DNA of 63,983 nucleotides, the filler included, from an uncultured Myxococcia bacterium (GTDB taxonomy: Bacteria > CAZTWC01): the NCBI GenBank assembly GCA_964617105.1. It is 9 parts of 9 records of this genome, joined end to end, with 100 filler letters (N's around TTAATTAATTAA, not from the genome) between each part and the next. Parts side by side here need not be neighbours in the genome. Positions count along the whole stretch, not along the records: positions 58,531 to 63,983 come from CAZTWC010000258.1; 8 more parts are not named here. One strand, written 5' to 3'. The position numbers were made by a program, and so were the translations under genes. A model generated the notes under the pieces. That model was not told the origin of the DNA. It saw only the letters and a program-made list of their open reading frames with translations, and ran no database searches. Numbering within the stretch: position 1 is the first letter of the stretch; each line of letters opens with the position of its first letter. Positions 58,988 to 63,983 of this stretch are shown piece by piece.

Positions 58988-59437
58988 TTAATATACCATC
59001 TCTTCTAATATGTCCTCAACCTGGGTTAGCACGGAATGATCAAATCTTTCTTCTGATAGTCCATCACATTCTAAATTGTCATCCAAGTTTGACTTAATAA
59101 TCTCACGAATATTGTCAAAACCCTTAAAGAGTAATTCATTGTATTCGGATATTATTTCAGGATCGTGGACATCCCTCAGGCGCATCAACAACTCTTTAAA
59201 AAAATATATCAATCGGTTGATGTTCTCAAGGTGTTCTAAAAATTCATTATTAAAAATTTTTTCTATAAGAATATCGAGATCGTCGTAATAGGAAATAAGT
59301 AACTGGTCATCATCACTACCATATTTTTCTGGATTCAGGTGATAGACTTCAATAAAAACCAATCTCTTCTCTAGATCGGAAAAATCATCATAAAAATCAT
59401 CATAAAAATCTATTAATTCAGATCGGTAAAAACTCAT
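58988..59437 (-). CDS. Acidic hypothetical protein
   Basis: 149-aa ORF directly downstream of the TPR gene; no family recognised. Confidence 0.6.
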   Translation of the reverse strand: MSFYRSELIDFYDDFYDDFSDLEKRLVFIEVYHLNPEKYGSDDDQLLISYYDDLDILIEKIFNNEFLEHLENINRLIYFFKELLMRLRDVHDPEIISEYNELLFKGFDNIREIIKSNLDDNLECDGLSEERFDHSVLTQVEDILEEMVY

Positions 59438-59447
59438 GAACAGCTCT

Positions 59448-61019
59448 CTATTCTTTGTCCTGTTGATCAGGGAATGATATTTCTCCTAACTCTTTTTCAA
59501 CCAGTCTAATATTCCGTTGAAGCGTATTAGTATACCGATTACCGGAAAAATTTTCCAGCAAGTTTTTTAATATGCTTAAAACTTTTTCTAAACGTTCTCT
59601 TCGTTTTAGCGGATCTTTCTCCCGCCGGGCTTGGGTAAACTGTTGGCCAGCCTTTTTACGTTCCTGGGAGATAAAAAGAGTTTCACATTGTTGAAGTTTT
59701 TCGAAAGCTTGTTTCTCTATCCTGGTTCCAATTAATTGTTTAAACTCATGGATAGCCGCCAAAAAGTCACCCGATTTCATCTTCTCCAGTCCATCTGAAA
59801 AAATAGCCTTCTCCTTCTCCTCCTCCAACTGACTTCGGTTATTTTCCTGAAACCGCTCTTTTTCAAAAATATCATTCAGCCGGAACCGAATCTTTTCCTC
59901 CTCCTGAGAATTAGGCAAATACTTGAGGGCCAGGTCTAGTTTTTGTCTGGCCAAAGCCAGGTTATTCGGCAATACTTGTTCCGCCTCAGCCAAAAGTTGC
60001 TCTCGTCTATTGTCAATGGAATACTTCAGTTGTCTCTTTAGGTCCAAAGCCAGGTTGATATGCGTCTCGTTAAAATCACCAAGGAGCAACTTTTCCAGGT
60101 CCAGGTAGATATTCACCGGATCTTCTTCCCGTTGTAAACGGTCTTTTAATTGATACAATATCTTAAGGCCAGTATTATCCTGTTCTATGTATGCCTGCTG
60201 AATAAGTTCCAGTTTTTCCTGACATATTTGATCAAATTTTTCTCCCTGCTGGTGTAATTGAAGCACCTGCTTATAAATCTTTTCCGCTTTTTCAAATTGC
60301 TTCAAATTGAAATAGTAATCAGCTAAATTTGAAAGGATAAATATTCTTGACGGCGGTGCTGCTTTTAGATGGTCTTGCTGTAAAAATATTTCAATCTCCA
60401 TGACGCCATCCTGAAAATACCCGGTTTTTCCAAGAGCCAATCCCACATATAACTGATCTAAAGGCTGCCAGGACAGTTCTACCCCTGGTTCTTTCTTTTT
60501 TTGATAATAATAAGAAGTAATCGCCCGATAATCCTCTTGCAGAAAAAGTTGCTTTATAGGAGGAGATTGTTCTTTATCCACGGCTACTTCTGCGGATTCC
60601 TCTACCGGGATATGCTCAGGGTCAATAATTTTTTGCTGTTCTGGTCCCAATATTTGGGGATACGTCAGTAAAGGAGAGTAACAATCAGAGTACCAGGCCA
60701 AAAATTTATTAGCCATAGTGATTGATTGCAATCTGTTTTGCTCCTTTTTGGCATGTAAAATATCTCTAAGGGAAGAGGACTGCCTAAGACACTCTTTCTC
60801 TTTGGAAAGCGGATCCTGGGAAGTAATATTTTGCTGGAAGTATTCTATTTTTTCGATAAATGCTTTAGCGGGAAAACCGGTTTTTTCCTCTTGAGGAAAA
60901 GGCGGTTCAATATCTTTCTTGCCAAAAATGGTTGGAAATTTGCTGCAAGATAGTAGTGAAAAAGCCAAAAACAGTGTGAAGATAAGGAATAGTGATAAGA
61001 TCGGAAGAAACCTATCCAT
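59448..61019 (-). CDS. TPR-repeat lipoprotein
   Basis: Lipobox LLSC after MDRFL; NLADYYFNLKQFEKAEKIYKQVL TPR; start uncertain. Confidence 0.75.
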   Translation of the reverse strand: MDRFLPILSLFLIFTLFLAFSLLSCSKFPTIFGKKDIEPPFPQEEKTGFPAKAFIEKIEYFQQNITSQDPLSKEKECLRQSSSLRDILHAKKEQNRLQSITMANKFLAWYSDCYSPLLTYPQILGPEQQKIIDPEHIPVEESAEVAVDKEQSPPIKQLFLQEDYRAITSYYYQKKKEPGVELSWQPLDQLYVGLALGKTGYFQDGVMEIEIFLQQDHLKAAPPSRIFILSNLADYYFNLKQFEKAEKIYKQVLQLHQQGEKFDQICQEKLELIQQAYIEQDNTGLKILYQLKDRLQREEDPVNIYLDLEKLLLGDFNETHINLALDLKRQLKYSIDNRREQLLAEAEQVLPNNLALARQKLDLALKYLPNSQEEEKIRFRLNDIFEKERFQENNRSQLEEEKEKAIFSDGLEKMKSGDFLAAIHEFKQLIGTRIEKQAFEKLQQCETLFISQERKKAGQQFTQARREKDPLKRRERLEKVLSILKNLLENFSGNRYTNTLQRNIRLVEKELGEISFPDQQDKE

Positions 61020-61186
61020 GAGGAAAATTTTTCCTATCTTACTAGGAAAATAGTTACTGCTTCTATTCATAATCAAAAAAAATCTGTAAATATTAAAAGA
61101 ATAAGACCAGGTGAAAATTAACATAAATACAGTTGTTGAGCAAGCTACCTGGAGTTCAAGAACTTATATTGGCTTTTTTTAAACTC

Positions 61187-61202
61187 CGGCACAGTCATTG
61201 CA
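61187..61202 (+). promoter_or_regulatory. Putative sigma54 promoter
   Basis: CGGCACAGTCATTGCA (GG-N10-GC), about 60 bp upstream of the STAS gene. Confidence 0.55.
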
Positions 61203-61263
61203 TAAAATTTAGAACAGATTCATATTAATAATCTAAAACTGCTACTGACACCAGGAGTTCCCC

Positions 61264-61602
61264 ATGACCATTCAAAAGCAGCGGCTCGGTAAAATCATTG
61301 TAATCAATGTAAAAGGAGAAATGAATCTGGTAACCCAGAAAGATCTCTACCAAAAATTGAAACAGTTAATCGCCAAAGGCAATTATTTCATCATTCTCAA
61401 CATGGAAGATGTCATTTTTATGTCACAGTACATGTTGCTGGTGATTGCCGCCATCTATAACATGCTCAAAGCTAAAGACGGATTTCTCAAGGTGGCCGGT
61501 GTAAAAAACACTGCCCGTGACCTTTTTGACACCTCCAACCTGAATAAAATGGTTGATGTTTTTGACTCGGTTGACGATGCCCTGGGCAGTTGCATTGAGT
61601 AA
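61264..61602 (+). CDS. STAS-domain anti-sigma factor antagonist
   Basis: VINVKGE, IILNMEDVIFMS, LKVAG, VFDSVDDAL; RBS AGGAG. Confidence 0.85.
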   Translation: MTIQKQRLGKIIVINVKGEMNLVTQKDLYQKLKQLIAKGNYFIILNMEDVIFMSQYMLLVIAAIYNMLKAKDGFLKVAGVKNTARDLFDTSNLNKMVDVFDSVDDALGSCIE

Positions 61603-61628
61603 AACACTAATTGTCCGTCCGAAAACAA

Positions 61629-62834
61629 TCAATAAATCTCAAAATAGAACATAAAAGAGAAATAGATCTGTCCTCTGGCTCCGAGCAAACTTTTAGGTGG
61701 GTTTGGAAAGGGCTGCGCTTTGTTAAAGGCATTGATGGCTTCATGGTCGAGAAATGCCAATCCACTGGAATTCTTCACCGATATATCATTTAAAGAACCA
61801 TCGTCATTTAATACCACCTGCAAAACCGTTATTCTGTCTTTTCTCCCATAAATCCGGCCGCTAGGATCTCTTTTTCGGTATTCCACAATTGGATTCCAGT
61901 GCTGACTGATGCCCTTCTTTATCCGGTTAAAATAAGAGGCATATTTAAACTGGCGGGAATTGAGCAAGGTGGCTTCTGATTCCTCCACATCTTCCAGATA
62001 ATCATTGGCAGGATCGCCTGATACTAAAGAGATAGTTTCGGGAGATGGCTTCAGCATAGCCAGGGTAGGAATAGATTTTTTTCCGCCTCTGCTGGTAGAA
62101 CTTTCCTGCATCTTCTCATCTTGGCCTTCCTGGAGGTTAACATTTAAATTCTTGGAGTTTCCAACCACGGAATCTTTGCTTTTCCTATTGTTAAATAACC
62201 CATCCAGGCTGAAATCCAATTTTAATCCCCCTATCTTCTCTATATTGGGGATCTCCAATTTCAGTGCTGGTGGTTCAGCCAATTGTTCCTCATCCTCTAT
62301 TTCATTACCGGAAAAATCCAGAGCCAGCAATTTTCTACGGGCAATCTCTTTAGCAATTTTTGCGGATTGCTGTTTTTCATCACGGGTAGTCGATGGAACG
62401 GCTGCGTGTCGATGGTAACGATTGCTTCTATATCTGCTTTTGGTCTCCTTCTTAACGCTGCTGTCATGCTCACTTAAATATTTGGTCTCTTTGGGAGGTG
62501 GTGTTTCTTTGACAGGGACATTCTCCACCACTTGTCCTTCCGGCATTTTTTCCGGTTTTTCAAATTTCTTTTTCTCCTTTTTCTTCTCCTTTTTTTTAAA
62601 AAATTTTCTTTTGCCAGCAGAATTTTTTCTTTTCCGCCACTGTTTCGATGGACGTTTTCGAAAATTTTTAGTCGATGAGTTAGAACTGGTCAGGGTAACT
62701 GCTACCAGGCGACGGGGACTTTCAATTTTAGGCAACCGGTTAAAAAGAGGCAGGGAGGCCAAATGGATCAAAATGGCCAGCAATATAAAACCGGCCAAAT
62801 TCTTATAATGATTTGTCTCCTTAGAAGGTAACAT
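61629..62834 (-). CDS. TonB-family energy transducer-like protein
   Basis: AILIH TM, Lys-rich linker, YASYFNRIK..HWNP, SSGLAFLDHEA..AQPFPNPP. Confidence 0.85.
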   Translation of the reverse strand: MLPSKETNHYKNLAGFILLAILIHLASLPLFNRLPKIESPRRLVAVTLTSSNSSTKNFRKRPSKQWRKRKNSAGKRKFFKKKEKKKEKKKFEKPEKMPEGQVVENVPVKETPPPKETKYLSEHDSSVKKETKSRYRSNRYHRHAAVPSTTRDEKQQSAKIAKEIARRKLLALDFSGNEIEDEEQLAEPPALKLEIPNIEKIGGLKLDFSLDGLFNNRKSKDSVVGNSKNLNVNLQEGQDEKMQESSTSRGGKKSIPTLAMLKPSPETISLVSGDPANDYLEDVEESEATLLNSRQFKYASYFNRIKKGISQHWNPIVEYRKRDPSGRIYGRKDRITVLQVVLNDDGSLNDISVKNSSGLAFLDHEAINAFNKAQPFPNPPKSLLGARGQIYFSFMFYFEIY

Positions 62835-63054
62835 ATTCTTAACCTTATTGTATCAACACCTACAATCTATATATAATTATAGCTGAATAGGCGGTAAATG
62901 GCAAATCTTAAAGAGCCTTTCTCAACCCATCTCTGTCAACCCGGCATTAAAAAAGCCCGGAGTTTTAAACCAGATAGGTTCTATTTTTTCTTGAGCATTG
63001 CCAACTATGTATGTAAAATACTAAATTAGAAAAAAGCATCAAGGGATAATATCT

Positions 63055-63983
63055 GTGGAAATTGACCAAACATCATCCTTACCAGGCTACTTTGCAAAGC
63101 CCCTGCCTGCAGAGACGGTGATACCTCTCTTAGCCATGGGGAGTGTCATTCTAATTGTACTGATTTTTTTCCTGGGGGTTTGGGGCTGTCATTATGCTGA
63201 ACCTCAGAAAGGCGTGACTCCGGTGGTGGTCAGCAACTACCAATCTGGTTATATCCACCTGGGCGCTACCATAACCCTGACCTCTCTGCAAAAGGGGGTG
63301 GTTATCCAGGTTGGCGCCAGCAGCGAGGCGAATGCTGTGGCTCCGGACAGGTGGGAAGAGCGAGCAGAGTTTACTTTTGAACATTTGGGACCGAATAAAA
63401 TTTTTGCCCGCGGGCTTAAAGAGGGCAAGGTATTGAAACCATATTTTACCTATCTATACCAGATAGTAGAGAGCTATCCCGGCGTGGGAACCGACCCGGA
63501 TTCAGAGGGCATAAGCGCTGAAAATAAGCAAATCAAAGCCTGGGCAAAGGGGTATCGTAATTACCAGCCCGGAGGTGGGGTGGGTGTTCGGTGGCAAACC
63601 CCGGAAAAGGCTTTGGGCCGGGCAAAAGGAGACAGCCATCATATAGTTTCCCTGGGAGATGCTGGTGAAATCACCCTTACTTTTTCTCCAGCCATTGCCA
63701 ATGGTCCGGGGCCAGATTTCGCTGTATTCGAAAACTCCTTTTCCAGTGGAAAGAACAATATCTTTGCAGAACTGGCCTTTGTGGAGGTCAGTTCTGATGG
63801 AAAACATTTTTTACGGTTTGACTGTGTATCCAACATTCCCAAGCCAGTAGAACCTTACGCAGCCATAGATCCCCGCCAGGTATACGGAGTTGCTGGAACT
63901 CAGCCTAATGCTTTTGGCAATTTTTTTGGCTCTCCCTTTGATCTGGCTTGGCTGGTCAACAAAAAAGAGGTAGTCCTGGGCCA
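63055..63983 (+). CDS. Cell-surface lipoprotein of a family associated with B12 loci (3'-partial)
   Basis: Not in the ORF track because it has no stop. Lipobox VWGC; IVSLGDAGEITLTF..NGPGPDFAVFENSF..ELAFVEVSSDG..PFDL; start GTG 63055 or ATG 63136. Confidence 0.8.
   Translation, partial: MEIDQTSSLPGYFAKPLPAETVIPLLAMGSVILIVLIFFLGVWGCHYAEPQKGVTPVVVSNYQSGYIHLGATITLTSLQKGVVIQVGASSEANAVAPDRWEERAEFTFEHLGPNKIFARGLKEGKVLKPYFTYLYQIVESYPGVGTDPDSEGISAENKQIKAWAKGYRNYQPGGGVGVRWQTPEKALGRAKGDSHHIVSLGDAGEITLTFSPAIANGPGPDFAVFENSFSSGKNNIFAELAFVEVSSDGKHFLRFDCVSNIPKPVEPYAAIDPRQVYGVAGTQPNAFGNFFGSPFDLAWLVNKKEVVLG

Noticed and set aside
59380-59410. 12-bp duplication encoding DFYDDFYDDF
   Set aside because: Short in-frame slippage repeat with no further structure

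Overview
This is not one continuous locus. It is nine assembly contigs joined by identical 100-nt artificial spacers (N44-TTAATTAATTAA-N44). The seven complete contigs shrink steadily from 7273 to 7123 bp, as in a length-sorted MAG or draft assembly, so adjacency across spacers has no biological meaning. All family calls come from motif recognition, not database searches. Most contigs look like an anaerobic deltaproteobacterial/Myxococcota-like Gram-negative bacterium; contig 1 may be from another lineage. Contents: (1) type IV pilus minor-pilin/pilMN/pilO operon running into two-component genes, with short palindromic repeats in prepilin leaders; (2) cysE-cysK, tRNA-fMet with a decayed island, citD-citE fusion plus citF; (3) integrase, tRNA-Thr(CGT), DUF1015, DUF362, GT9, queC; (4) radical SAM-methyltransferase fusion, large lipoprotein, phospholipase D; (5) cobalamin-riboswitch B12-uptake cluster and ino1; (6) Na/Pi cotransporter, broken Tn3, and a 3.2-kb tRNA-Leu-type mini-island with two PIN toxin-antitoxin pairs, a broken integrase and a truncated IHF-alpha; (7) RND transporter, a MITE, group 3b NiFe hydrogenase; (8) AT-rich glycan-modification-like operon with an APS kinase-pyruvate kinase-ATP sulfurylase triple fusion; (9) def, TPR lipoprotein, STAS, TonB and a probable B12-binding lipoprotein. 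Best leads: the CysC-PK-Sat fusion, the 25-nt insertion in the tRNA-derived att sites, and the 30-nt in-frame palindromes in a pilin leader.
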